This document shows, one piece after another, positions 1-11,191 of a stretch of 64,000 bases of DNA. Origin of the DNA: an uncultured bacterium (lineage in GTDB: Bacteria; Actinomycetota; Coriobacteriia; Coriobacteriales; Coriobacteriaceae); assembly GCA_905214945.1 (NCBI GenBank), contig CAJMOC010000004.1, positions 65,068 to 129,067 on the forward strand, given 5' to 3'. Below the pieces are notes generated by a model. That model saw only the letters and a list, made by a program, of their open reading frames with translations. It was not told the origin of the DNA and ran no database searches. The position numbers were made by a program, and so were the translations under genes. Positions within the stretch are counted from its first letter, which is position 1, and the number at the start of each line of letters is the position of its first letter.

Positions 1-163
1 CGCACGTGGTCTCCTGACTGCTACCATTCATATACGAGCAGCATAATACCGAGCAGGCATTTCTTACCGAAGACATTCAGTCGCGTTTAAGGTGTCTCTA
101 AACAAAATACAGGCGTATCTATGCAAAAACACCGATTCTGTTGCGCATCTCCGCCCAAAACGC

Positions 164-230
164 AGTTGCGGTGAAATAGTTCCTGTTTGGGCGGTATTAG
201 CCGATAAACAGGAACTATTCCACCGCAACT
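164..230 (-). repeat. Family-A conserved-base hairpin, copy 1 (about 70 nt downstream of pflA stop)
   Basis: Arms 164-188 and 206-230 are complementary over 25 nt with one mismatch, which is a G-U wobble only on the minus strand. The same stem base AGTTGCGGTGGAATAG...CTATTTCACCGCAACT recurs at 58537-58604. Confidence 0.7.
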
Positions 231-300
231 TGACGGGGCTCTTTAGCAATCAACTAGGTGCCCGGGGGCACTCATTTAAGTCTGTCCCCAATGAGTGCTG

Positions 301-1119
301 CTAGCCGATGGCGTTTTTGAGTTCCGCACGGCGCTTTTTCATGCCCGTCATGACTGCGTTGCGCAGCTCGGGCATGCGCGCGGTATCCATCTGAGGCACG
401 CCCTCAAGCTTATAGGGAATCCCCAGCTGCTCATACTTGACGATGCCCATCGTGTGATACGGCAGCATCTCCAGGCCGACCACGTTATGCCACGGGGCGA
501 TCAGACGACCGAGCGCCTCGCACTCCTCCACCGTGTCGGTAATGCCCGGCACCACCACGTGACGGATAACGACCTTGATCTTGCGACGCGCGAGCTCATC
601 ACCAAACGCCAGAATGCGTGCGGGATCGCAACCGGTCAGCTTCTTATGCTCGACGGGATCGGCGTGCTTAATGTCGAGCAGCACCATATCGGTCTCGTTG
701 AGCACAGCATCGAACTTCTCGGGGTGGTTGGGGTCAAACGCATATCCGCAGCTGTCAAGGCAGGTATGCACGCGACCATCGGGGTTGTTGTGCATGGCGC
801 GGAATAGGTCGGCCAAAAACTCGGGCTGCAGGAGCGGCTCACCGCCGGACACTGTAATACCACCGCTGCGGTAAAACTCATGGTTGCTCTGGAACTCGTC
901 CATCAGGTGCTCGACGGTCACCATCGTGCCGCCGTTAACAGACCAGGTATCGGGATTGTGGCAATACGCGCAGCGCATGGGACAGCCCTGAACAAACACC
1001 ACAAAGCGGATGCCGGGTCCGTCGACCGTTCCCATCGTCTCGATCGAATGCACGCGACCCAGGGCATACGCAGAGTCCTCGGGACGAGCGTCCACACCCT
1101 CAAGCGTCATTTCTGCCAT
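301..1119 (-). CDS. pflA: Pyruvate formate-lyase activating enzyme (radical SAM)
   Basis: ORF 301-1149. GTVDGPGIRFVVFVQGCPMRCAYCHNPDTW is typical of PFL activases. ATG at 1119 (AGGAGAGG upstream) is preferred over TTG at 1149. Confidence 0.9.
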   Translation of the reverse strand: MAEMTLEGVDARPEDSAYALGRVHSIETMGTVDGPGIRFVVFVQGCPMRCAYCHNPDTWSVNGGTMVTVEHLMDEFQSNHEFYRSGGITVSGGEPLLQPEFLADLFRAMHNNPDGRVHTCLDSCGYAFDPNHPEKFDAVLNETDMVLLDIKHADPVEHKKLTGCDPARILAFGDELARRKIKVVIRHVVVPGITDTVEECEALGRLIAPWHNVVGLEMLPYHTMGIVKYEQLGIPYKLEGVPQMDTARMPELRNAVMTGMKKRRAELKNAIG

Positions 1120-1294
1120 TCGCGCTACCTTGCCTCTCCTTGGATGCAACCAATTAAAATGCCAGAGCCATTCTAGCCCATGCGTTTGCGTTTAAACGTC
1201 TCGGACTAGAACGGCACGTTTTAATCTATCCCCCATCACCATGGCTGGGGGGCTACGTCGAGATGTCAGGCTGGAGAACGCTCGCCTGCGGCCT

Positions 1295-2158
1295 TTACGC
1301 CTTAAGCGTGAGCACCGCGCCGAAGGCGGTCGGGCCGCAATGGCTCGAGATGACGCCGCCAACCTGCGTCCAGGTAACGTCCTCAAAGCCCAGGTCGTGC
1401 GCATAGACTTCCATGTCGTCGCGCAGCTCCTGGGAAAGGCCCACCGAATACGCCAAGCCAATGTGCGAGTAATCAATATCGCCCTTGGCAACCATGTGGT
1501 CAATAAAGGCACGGGCGCATTTGAGCATGGAGCCGCGGAGCTTCTTGGTCGCCACGAACTTGCCACCCGTCACCTCAATGCAGGGCTTAATCTTGAGCAG
1601 ATGAGCGCCCAGGAACGCGGCGTTAGACAAGCGACCGCCCGCCTTAAGGAAGGCAAGGTCGGTAGGAACAAAGCCCAGCAGCACGCGGTCCATGACGGAG
1701 TTCGTAAAAGCAAAAATCTCATCGACGGTGGCATCGGGGTGAGCCTCGATGTATTTGGCGGTCTCGACGGCAACGAGCGACTGGCCAACCGAAACAAAAC
1801 GCGTGTCCATAGAGAAGACGTAGTCGCGGCCCTTAGCTGCAATCTTGGAGGACTGATGCGAGCAGGTCGTGGCCTCGGAATATGCGAGATGCAAAATGGT
1901 CGCGTCGGGCTGCTCGGCATGGATGCGGTCGTACACGTGAGCAAAATCCGCAGGCGCGCAGCCACTGGTCTTGGGCATCACGCCAAACTCGTTGCAGCGC
2001 GAATAAATCTCAAGCGGATCGATCGAGCCGTCCTCGACGGTCTCGTCACCAATCGTGACATGCATGGGCACACGCACGATGCCATAGCGTTCGCAGAGCT
2101 CCGGTGTCACATCCGAACCAGACTCAACCACGATTACGTACTTGCCCATTATCATCAC
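1295..2158 (-). CDS. DegV family (fatty-acid binding) protein
   Basis: 287-aa ORF with DegV-like sequence throughout (YVIVVESGSD..., ...HCGPTAFG). Start is ambiguous between 2149 and 2158. Confidence 0.8.
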   Translation of the reverse strand: MMIMGKYVIVVESGSDVTPELCERYGIVRVPMHVTIGDETVEDGSIDPLEIYSRCNEFGVMPKTSGCAPADFAHVYDRIHAEQPDATILHLAYSEATTCSHQSSKIAAKGRDYVFSMDTRFVSVGQSLVAVETAKYIEAHPDATVDEIFAFTNSVMDRVLLGFVPTDLAFLKAGGRLSNAAFLGAHLLKIKPCIEVTGGKFVATKKLRGSMLKCARAFIDHMVAKGDIDYSHIGLAYSVGLSQELRDDMEVYAHDLGFEDVTWTQVGGVISSHCGPTAFGAVLTLKA

Positions 2159-2415
2159 GACCCATCTCGACGTTGGTTATTTATTACGCGCGCACGCCCG
2201 TCGCCCAATTGAACAACGACTCCCAAGCACCAGAGAGACGCCGCCCTTCGCCACAACAAAGGACAGCGTCTCCCTGAAATACTCCGTGCTTGCATGAGAT
2301 TCTACACGGTTTGGTAATGAGTGTTACTTACTCCGCAAACGGTAGCTATATGCGATAAACGGTAGCCACCAAGAAAGCCTGTGTATCCAAAACGCCATGG
2401 TCACTCACAATGCGG

Positions 2416-3858
2416 CTAGCGAGCCAGACGGTAAAACTCCATCGAGGCGTCGCCCTCGGCGCGCAACTGCATCGCCGGCGCCGCAGACGAATAGGTGCGG
2501 CTCGTAAGCGCAACCTCGCCGTCGTTGACAAATACCTCGAGCATCGTGGCATCCGAAAGGACTCGCAGGCAGTAAAGCTCGTCGAGCTCAACCGACCTCT
2601 TGTCGCGTCCATAGCCCTCATCGCCCATATCAAGTGTGAGCATTCCGTTGGCAAAGCACACGACAACGCCCTCACGAACTTCCAGCTCAATGGACTTCGT
2701 CCCCCGGCACGACACGACGGCATCAAACAGTCGACCAGGAGAGCCGACGGTCTCTCCGGCGGTCACCGAAACACGCTCCTTGCGCAGTTGCTCAACCTCG
2801 CGCGCGGGCCACTGACAGAGCTTACCGTCGCGCATATTCAGCACCCTCGGCACGGTAAGCGCGCACTGCCATCCGCGTTCCACCGTCGGGTTTTGAGCCG
2901 TTGCATCGGGGCAGCCGGCCCAACCGATCATAATCCGTCGACCGTCGGCATCTGCAAATGATTGAGGGGCATAGAAGTCAAGACCCGCATCGACCATCGG
3001 GGGCATACCCTGCCCGGCGATTTTAAAGCTAGGCGCCTCCCAATCGGCCTCAATACGAAACCACACGCACTGATGCGGGTTTTGGTAACGCCAACCATCG
3101 GCGGGCACGCCCTGCGGACAGCAAACGAGAATAAGCTCGCCATCAAGCTCAAACAGATCGGGGCACTCCCACATAAAACCGAACTTCTCGCCGAGCTCAA
3201 TACGCGTCGCATATTTCCAGCACTCAAGATCGTGCGAGGTATAGACGAGCACGCAACCGCGGTCGTCTTTCGTACGAGCACCAAGAACCATATAGTAGAT
3301 ACCGTCGTGCTCCAGGATCTTGGGGTCGCGCACGTGCGTACTAATATCGTCGGGGTAATCGACCGGACCAACAGCTATGTGCTTCTCCCCCAATTTATCG
3401 GGGTTCTCGGTAACCATGTGAATCTGATTTTGGTCGCGCCCTGTCAGCACATAGTCATAATCATCGCGGTCAAAATGCTTGACGTTACCGGTATAGAAGT
3501 AGTGAATCTTGCCGTCGTGCATAAATGCAGACCCCGAATACGCACCGCTCGAGTCGAGATCTGAATCGGGGAATAGCGCGGGACCGCGGTTCTCGTACGT
3601 CACAAAGTCCTTCGTCGTCAGATGATTCCACAGCACCGGTCCGCCGTGCGCGGCATCAAACGGATCGTATTGGTGATAGATGTGGTATGTATCACCAACC
3701 TGCACCAAACCGTTGGGATCATTGAGCCAGCCAAGCTCGGGCTCCGCATGGAACAGAAGTCTATCGGAGTCAGCCGCGATGCGAGCCGCAGTCTCATCCT
3801 GCCCGGCACGCCACAGCTCGTAGTCCGAGCGCGTCACCTTATGTTTTTGATCGAACAT
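2416..3858 (-). CDS. scrB: Sucrose-6-phosphate hydrolase, GH32
   Basis: GH32 motifs WLNDPNG, RDP and WECPD. Lies adjacent to a sucrose-type PTS gene. Confidence 0.9.
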   Translation of the reverse strand: MFDQKHKVTRSDYELWRAGQDETAARIAADSDRLLFHAEPELGWLNDPNGLVQVGDTYHIYHQYDPFDAAHGGPVLWNHLTTKDFVTYENRGPALFPDSDLDSSGAYSGSAFMHDGKIHYFYTGNVKHFDRDDYDYVLTGRDQNQIHMVTENPDKLGEKHIAVGPVDYPDDISTHVRDPKILEHDGIYYMVLGARTKDDRGCVLVYTSHDLECWKYATRIELGEKFGFMWECPDLFELDGELILVCCPQGVPADGWRYQNPHQCVWFRIEADWEAPSFKIAGQGMPPMVDAGLDFYAPQSFADADGRRIMIGWAGCPDATAQNPTVERGWQCALTVPRVLNMRDGKLCQWPAREVEQLRKERVSVTAGETVGSPGRLFDAVVSCRGTKSIELEVREGVVVCFANGMLTLDMGDEGYGRDKRSVELDELYCLRVLSDATMLEVFVNDGEVALTSRTYSSAAPAMQLRAEGDASMEFYRLAR

Positions 3859-3957
3859 TCAATCGTCCTTCTTGTAGAGGAGAAGGACGCCCGGCCCATG
3901 CGAGCCAAACGCCCTTCTCCAACAGGTCGACCCGTACATTACCTTGACGGATCTGGA

Positions 3958-5409
3958 TTAGAAGCTGACATCAAAGCCGGCGCCTGCACCCTCTTCATCG
4001 GTGGTCGGAACGCCCTTTGCCTTGTTGTAGGCAAAGATCAGGATGATCGGGACGAAGAAAGCGATCAGATTGCCAGCCACATACCACACGAGGGTCTCGG
4101 GCGTGACGATGAGCAGGCCAAGTACGCCGGTCAGACCCTGGCCGATAGCGCGCACCTCAAAGAGCTTCACGAAGGCACCGCCGCAGCCTGCACCGATGCA
4201 AGCGCAGATGAACGGAATGATCGAGTAGCGCATGTTTGCAGCAAAGATAGCGGGCTCGGAGATTCCGACCAGCGTCGGGATAAAGGACGACATGCAGATG
4301 TTGCGCTCTTTGGAATGCTTCTTGTGAATGAGATACATGCCGATGGCGCCGCCGCCCTGGGCGATGATGGAAACGGACCAGATGGCCTGGATGTAGTTGA
4401 AGCCGGTCGTGGCAACGAGATTAGCCTCGATACCCTGAATGAACTGGTGCGTACCGGTAACGACGAGCGGCTGCAGGAACGCGGCAAAGACGAAGGCACC
4501 AAAGACGCCCATCCTGTTGTACAGGACATCGATTACGCCGGCAAGGACGTCGCCAATCAGGTTGCCGAGCGGGCCGAACACGGTGAACAGGGCGACGTTG
4601 GCAAGAATCAGGGTAACGGTCGGGACAAAGACGAACGAGACGACCTCGGGGATGTACTTCTGGGCAATCTTCTCGACCTTGGCCATGAACCAGGCGGTCA
4701 GGATTGCGGGGAACACGCCGCCCTGGAAAGCAACCATGGGAATGGAGAGCGGACCAAAGTTCCAATACTCAGCACCCGTCGGGTCCATAACGAACGCGTT
4801 GCGGTTCATAAGGCTCGGATGAACCATGACGATGCCGACGAGGATACCTAGGATCGGGTTGCCGCCAAAACGCTTGACCGCGCTGTACATCACCAGGACA
4901 GGCAGGTAATCGAAGGTGGTAGCGATAATGGCAAAGAAGCTTGCGAGGTTCTTGAGGAACTCGCTGTGGTCGGCAAGGCTGCCCTCCATGCCAAAGAGGC
5001 CGTTGGCAACGATCAGCGACTTAAGGCCGATGATGATAGCAGCGCCGACGAAAGCGGGAATGATGGGGATAAAGATGTCCGAGAATACCTTGAGGACCGA
5101 GAAGAACTTGCCCTTCTTGTCCGCCTCGGCGCCCTTGACCTCGGAAGCACTGATCTCCTTAACGCCCGTCAGAGCCATAAACTCATCATAGACCTTGTTT
5201 ACGGTACCGGTACCGAAGATGATCATGAGCTGGCCGCTGTTGTACAGCACGCCCTTGACGCCATCGATGTTCTCGAGCTCGGCCTTGTTGTACTTGCTCG
5301 TATCCTTGAGCACCAGACGCAGACGCGTAACGCAATGCGTGGCACCCTCGATGTTATCCAGACCGCCGACGTTATCGACGACTTGCTGAGACACTACTTT
5401 GTAGTCCAT
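3958..5409 (-). CDS. scrA: PTS sucrose-family EIIBC component
   Basis: N-terminal EIIB Cys motif ATHCVTRLRL followed by a multi-TM EIIC domain. ATG at 5409 is preceded by GGAGAGGAA. Confidence 0.9.
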   Translation of the reverse strand: MDYKVVSQQVVDNVGGLDNIEGATHCVTRLRLVLKDTSKYNKAELENIDGVKGVLYNSGQLMIIFGTGTVNKVYDEFMALTGVKEISASEVKGAEADKKGKFFSVLKVFSDIFIPIIPAFVGAAIIIGLKSLIVANGLFGMEGSLADHSEFLKNLASFFAIIATTFDYLPVLVMYSAVKRFGGNPILGILVGIVMVHPSLMNRNAFVMDPTGAEYWNFGPLSIPMVAFQGGVFPAILTAWFMAKVEKIAQKYIPEVVSFVFVPTVTLILANVALFTVFGPLGNLIGDVLAGVIDVLYNRMGVFGAFVFAAFLQPLVVTGTHQFIQGIEANLVATTGFNYIQAIWSVSIIAQGGGAIGMYLIHKKHSKERNICMSSFIPTLVGISEPAIFAANMRYSIIPFICACIGAGCGGAFVKLFEVRAIGQGLTGVLGLLIVTPETLVWYVAGNLIAFFVPIILIFAYNKAKGVPTTDEEGAGAGFDVSF

Positions 5410-5454
5410 GTTCCTCTCCATTCCCTTACGAAATCATAAGACGTTTTGTGGCCA

Positions 5455-6837
5455 TTACAGAGATGCGATCGTTGCATTTGCGCACTTGACCGTACCGTCG
5501 GTGACCGTCAGCGCCACACCCTGGCCCTGCTTATTGCAGAAGCGAGCGTTAAGCGCAACATCATCGACAAAGATGGTCGCGATATCGTCGTCAACGACCA
5601 GGCGTACATGATGAGTGCCCTCGCCCTTAAAGAACAACGGACGCTCGAGGCCCATGTTGTTGACCTGGAACCACGGATACTGGGGGGCCGCCGTAAACTC
5701 GAGCTTGCCCTCACGCAGGTTGGCGCGGAACTCATAGGCAAGACCAGACTCGGCGTCCTCGGCGAGCTTCACCGAGAAGCCGGCAGCGTCACCGGCGAGC
5801 TCGATGTCGGCGTCGAGCATATAGGTGGAACCGGCATCCGCAGCGAGCACCTGCTCGACCTTGCCCGACTCGCAGGAAAGCTCAAAGGCCTCGACTGCCT
5901 TAGCCTCGCCAAAGGCGCCAAGCATGCTGTCGGGGAGTTTGGTGCCAAGCGTTCCGTCGGCACGCTGAACGATCTCGAGGGGCATAAAGGTGCCACCCCA
6001 CAGGTAAGAGCTGGGGTCGCCGCCCTCGTCACGCGTAGGAACCCAACCAAAGAGAACGCGGCGCTCGCCATCAAATGCGGTACGTGCGGCATAGTACGCG
6101 CGGCCATCGAAGGAATCGTCCGCAGGAGTAATCCAGGGACCGTTGATAGAGCGAGACATGCGGTAACGGGTCTTGTTGCCATCGCTGTACTCAGAGAACA
6201 CCAGATACCACCAGTCGCCCATCTTAAAGAGATCAGGCATCTCAAACATGGTGTACAGGCCCGGGTTCCACCAGTCGCCCTGGAACTCCCAGTTGGTCAG
6301 ATCCTTGGAGGTGAACTTGACCAGGCGGCCGGTCATCAGACGCTTGTCCTCGCCCACACGCGTGCCGAGGATGAGCATGTACTCTTCGTTCTCCTCATCC
6401 CAAAGCACAAAGGGATCGCGCCAGTTGCGGTCATCGTAACCCTCCTGGGGCGGAAGCAGCGTCTCGGCGATGTTCTTCTCCCACTTGACGGCGTCGTCGC
6501 TCGTTGCGTGAAGAAGAACCTGCTTCATCAAACGTGCGCGGACCTTATCGCGATTGCAACCAGTGTAGAGCGCATGGTACTTGTCGCACACCTTAAACAC
6601 CGTGCCGGCATAAATGTACTGGTCGACTTCCTCGTCGCCGCCGCGCTCAAGGCTCTCGCCAAAGTCCTTGTAGTTGACGAAATCCTTGGTCGTAGCGAGT
6701 GCCCAGCCAAACGGCTCTCCGAAAGGTTCGGGGTTACGCGTGTCACGCTGATGATAGAGATAGAACGTGCCGTCCTCGCCGTACGGCATGATGTCGCCTA
6801 CCCAAATTCCCTCAGGCTGGTAATACACCTTGTGCAT
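5455..6837 (-). CDS. GH32 beta-fructofuranosidase-like hydrolase (second GH32)
   Basis: GH32-like blocks FYLYHQRD, NWRDPFVLW and FEMPDLF. ATG at 6837 is preceded by GGAAAGGAAG. Confidence 0.8.
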   Translation of the reverse strand: MHKVYYQPEGIWVGDIMPYGEDGTFYLYHQRDTRNPEPFGEPFGWALATTKDFVNYKDFGESLERGGDEEVDQYIYAGTVFKVCDKYHALYTGCNRDKVRARLMKQVLLHATSDDAVKWEKNIAETLLPPQEGYDDRNWRDPFVLWDEENEEYMLILGTRVGEDKRLMTGRLVKFTSKDLTNWEFQGDWWNPGLYTMFEMPDLFKMGDWWYLVFSEYSDGNKTRYRMSRSINGPWITPADDSFDGRAYYAARTAFDGERRVLFGWVPTRDEGGDPSSYLWGGTFMPLEIVQRADGTLGTKLPDSMLGAFGEAKAVEAFELSCESGKVEQVLAADAGSTYMLDADIELAGDAAGFSVKLAEDAESGLAYEFRANLREGKLEFTAAPQYPWFQVNNMGLERPLFFKGEGTHHVRLVVDDDIATIFVDDVALNARFCNKQGQGVALTVTDGTVKCANATIASL

Positions 6838-6884
6838 CCGAGACTTCCTTTCCACGACATACTAACTCGGTACAATGGCAAGAT

Positions 6885-6919
6885 ATGTCAATCGTTTTTC
6901 ATATGTCAAACGTTTTCAT
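6885..6919. promoter_or_regulatory. Two tandem LacI/ScrR-type operators upstream of the scr operon
   Basis: ATGTCAATCGTTTTTCA followed by TATGTCAAACGTTTTCATA, both TGnnAACGTTnnCA-like palindromes. A related box lies at 8053-8067. Confidence 0.6.
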
Positions 6920-6971
6920 ACCAATACGTCTTTTCGCAGTTCCAGTCGTCGGTAAACGGTTGACATATGCC

Positions 6972-6982
6972 GGCGAACGGTC
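6972..6982 (-). promoter_or_regulatory. ACCGTTC(A/G)C motif copy (GACCGTTCGCC on minus strand)
   Basis: One of 8 strict intergenic copies; see findings. Confidence 0.4.
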
Positions 6983-7021
6983 ATCAGAGGCGTTTGAGGA
7001 ATTCTTTTGGCACGGGATGAA

Positions 7022-8032
7022 CTACGCGGTTTTGCCCTCAATGAGTTCAACGGGGAGCTTGATATTCGATTCGGGATTATCGCCGTTAATAAGAGCGATG
7101 ATGGATTGCGCCGCGAGCTCTCCGATGCGATCGATATCTTGACGTACGGTTGTTAAGTCAGGCATAAACGTCATAGTTCGGCGGGCACCATCCGCGCCCA
7201 CGACCTTAATATCGTCTGGAGCGCTCAAGCCGCGCTGCTTCATCACGTTGAGACAGATGGCCGCCATCGTATCGTCTCCCGCAAAGATGCCGTCAATATC
7301 GGGGTTCTCATCGAGGATCTTCGCAACGACCGCGCCCTTTTCGTCGTCGGGCTTAACGAACTCAACCTCACGGACAAGCGCGGACAAACCGGCCTGCTCA
7401 ACAACATCGAGGTAGGCATCGGTACGCTTATTGGCAGGCATGCGCATGCGGCTATTGCTGCGCAGGCACAGGATACGCCTGCAGCCGTCATCAATCAGAC
7501 GGCGCGTGGCGAGCTCGCCAATGCCATAGCTGTCACTTGCAATCTGGACAGAGCCCTCGCCAAGATCGCAGTCGATGCCAACCAGGCTCAAGCCCATCTC
7601 GGCATATGCCTCGGCACCGATATTGAGGGAGTTGACGATGACGCCGTCGACCATATTGCGGCGGAGCATGTCAATATAGGAACGCTCAAGATCGGGTCGA
7701 TTGGCGCTGTTGCACAGCAACATCTTAAAGCCGTTTTCCGCTAACGTGCGCTCGACCGCCTGCACAACCTGAGCATGGAACGGGCTGCTCACAAAGGGAA
7801 CGATCATACCGATAAGATTCAGGCGACCGTTGAGCATGGCACGGGCGATATCGTTGGGCGTATAGTTGATGCGCTCCATCGCGGCATGGACCTTATCGCG
7901 GGTCTCTTGGCTAATATAGCCGCGATTATTAAGCACGCGAGATACCGTAGTAGGCGAAACCCCCGCCACCGCTGCAACTTCCTTGATGCCAGGCTTAGCA
8001 GAATCCTTAGAACGAGCGCCCTCGCGAGCCAT
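7022..8032 (-). CDS. scrR: LacI-family transcriptional regulator (sucrose regulon repressor-like)
   Basis: N-terminal HTH IKEVAAVAGVSPTTVSRVLNN plus a periplasmic-binding-fold C-terminus. ATG at 8032 follows GGGGGAGGG. The longer ORF to 8053 would overlap the operator. Confidence 0.85.
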   Translation of the reverse strand: MAREGARSKDSAKPGIKEVAAVAGVSPTTVSRVLNNRGYISQETRDKVHAAMERINYTPNDIARAMLNGRLNLIGMIVPFVSSPFHAQVVQAVERTLAENGFKMLLCNSANRPDLERSYIDMLRRNMVDGVIVNSLNIGAEAYAEMGLSLVGIDCDLGEGSVQIASDSYGIGELATRRLIDDGCRRILCLRSNSRMRMPANKRTDAYLDVVEQAGLSALVREVEFVKPDDEKGAVVAKILDENPDIDGIFAGDDTMAAICLNVMKQRGLSAPDDIKVVGADGARRTMTFMPDLTTVRQDIDRIGELAAQSIIALINGDNPESNIKLPVELIEGKTA

Positions 8033-8052
8033 AGCACCCTCCCCCATCAACA

Positions 8053-8067
8053 TGTCAAACGTTTACA
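8053..8067. promoter_or_regulatory. LacI-type operator upstream of scrR (possible autoregulation)
   Basis: TGTCAAACGTTTACA, a near-perfect palindrome of the same type as 6885-6919. Confidence 0.55.
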
Positions 8068-8182
8068 TACGAACAAAGCATACCCCAACAACAGCGGGAA
8101 GACGGTAACAGCACAAGTAAGTAAACGACTCATCCAAATAATTAGGAGAGTTCCGCCTAAAGGGTGACTACACAGGACCCCC

Positions 8183-8310
8183 GCCGGGCCGCTTTGGGTT
8201 ACTTTCCAAAACATTTCCGCAGGACGCAAAGGGCTCCGCCGCGCGAAGCGCGCAGCGGAGCCCTTTGCATGTCCGAGGACGTTTTGGAAAGTAACCCAAA
8301 GCGGCCCGGC
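8183..8310. repeat. Family-C long composite palindrome, copy 1
   Basis: Perfect 30-nt outer arms (8183-8212 / 8281-8310) enclose a conserved core TTTCCGCAGG..GCAAAGGGCTCCGCCGCGCGAAGCGCGCAGCGGAGCCCTTTGCATGTCCGAGGACG. A second copy lies at 45904-46028. Confidence 0.85.
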
Positions 8311-8333
8311 GATCCTGCGGGAGTTAAACCCCT

Positions 8334-8585
8334 TTAGAACTTGTCATGGAAGGTACGCGAAATGACCTCGTCCTGCTGCTCCTTGGTGAGCGTGTGGAAG
8401 TTCACGGCATAGCCGGAAACGCGGATGGTCAGCTGCGGGTACTTCTCGGGGTGAGCCTGAGCGTCAAGCAGCGTCTCACGGTTGAAGACGTTGATGTTCA
8501 GGTGGTGGCCACCCTTCTCGGCGTAAGCGTCGAGCATGTGGACCAGGTTATCGGCCTGAGTCTCGGAAACTTCAGAAACCTTCAT
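8334..8585 (-). CDS. Stand-alone glycyl-radical domain (C-terminal PFL domain as a separate 83-aa chain, GrcA-like)
   Basis: [31 protein letters not shown] glycyl-radical motif. Own AAGGAG (8593-8598) lies 7 nt before ATG 8585. Confidence 0.85.
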   Translation of the reverse strand: MKVSEVSETQADNLVHMLDAYAEKGGHHLNINVFNRETLLDAQAHPEKYPQLTIRVSGYAVNFHTLTKEQQDEVISRTFHDKF

Positions 8586-8670
8586 AATGTGTCTCCTTCG
8601 ATCGATAGGCGCCGGCCGAAACCGGCGCGCTAATCAGTAATCGTTATTGTTAGTATAGCACTAACAATAG
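8586..8670 (-). other. 85-nt spacer splitting the PFL coding sequence; carries two hairpins and an RBS
   Basis: Hairpins at 8646-8668 (ATTGTTAGT/ACTAACAAT) and 8609-8628 (GCGCCGG/CCGGCGC). AT-richer than its surroundings. Confidence 0.7.
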
Positions 8671-10722
<2,052 letters not shown>

Positions 10723-11006
10723 TGTGTAACCACGCTCCTAGTTACGTGTAATGCGGCGCTCTCTCACACCGCTGCTTATTGAATTCTTGAATGTTCGGCT
10801 TGCACTACCGGCTTCTTCCGTTCTTCACCACACGTTGGTGCAGGGAAAACGTTTGTCCACCTTGGAACTACAACCCAAAACCCAAGATTTCACCCGTTTG
10901 AGAAGGATAACATAGCCACCCCCTTCATCAGGGCTGTTATATGTTTCTTTTTTTATACCATTAGTGCGTTTTTAACAAATCCGCAGGAAATGCGAGCGCG
11001 AACAAC

Positions 11007-11018
11007 TACCGTTCACCG
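11007..11018 (+). promoter_or_regulatory. ACCGTTCAC motif copy (TACCGTTCACCG) upstream of pflB
   Basis: Intergenic, about 285 nt upstream of the pflB start. An AT-rich TATAAA-like region follows toward the gene. Confidence 0.4.
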
Positions 11019-11115
11019 ATTTGTTTGGTATATTTCCTTGCCTTTGTACGACGTTCACTCTAGCTGTTATGCCAGTTTTAGCAGGGTAAAGTGCCCCAGA
11101 GACCCCGCAGAAACT

Positions 11116-11155
11116 GCAGGGCGGCCACGGGATTTCCCCCGGGGCCGCCCTGTGG
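11116..11155 (-). terminator. Hairpin terminator downstream of kdgT
   Basis: GCAGGGCGGCC...GGCCGCCCTG stem, followed on the minus strand by CAGTTTCTG. Confidence 0.5.
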
Positions 11156-11191
11156 CATGGCTAGTTATTTAGCTTTGATTGCCGTTTGGCA

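Noticed and set aside
5446-6963. 505-aa plus-strand ORF, and similar long ORFs at 8824-10782 (+), 35214-36335 (+), 51972-53531 (-), 62417-63847 (-), 1241-2212 (+) and 13890-15026 (-).
   Set aside because: Each lies antisense to a gene with clear family motifs. Their products are low-complexity (Ala/Gly/Arg/Val/His/Asp-rich) with no motifs. Such shadow ORFs are expected in high-GC coding DNA.
8586-8670. Intron, intein or simple frameshift as the explanation for the interrupted PFL.
   Set aside because: The spacer plus the non-homologous codons total only about 140 nt, which is too short for group I or II introns. An intein would be in-frame protein sequence, whereas here there is a stop codon, an RBS and a new ATG. 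A single-base frameshift would not create an 85-nt non-coding gap. An assembly error still needs read-level exclusion.
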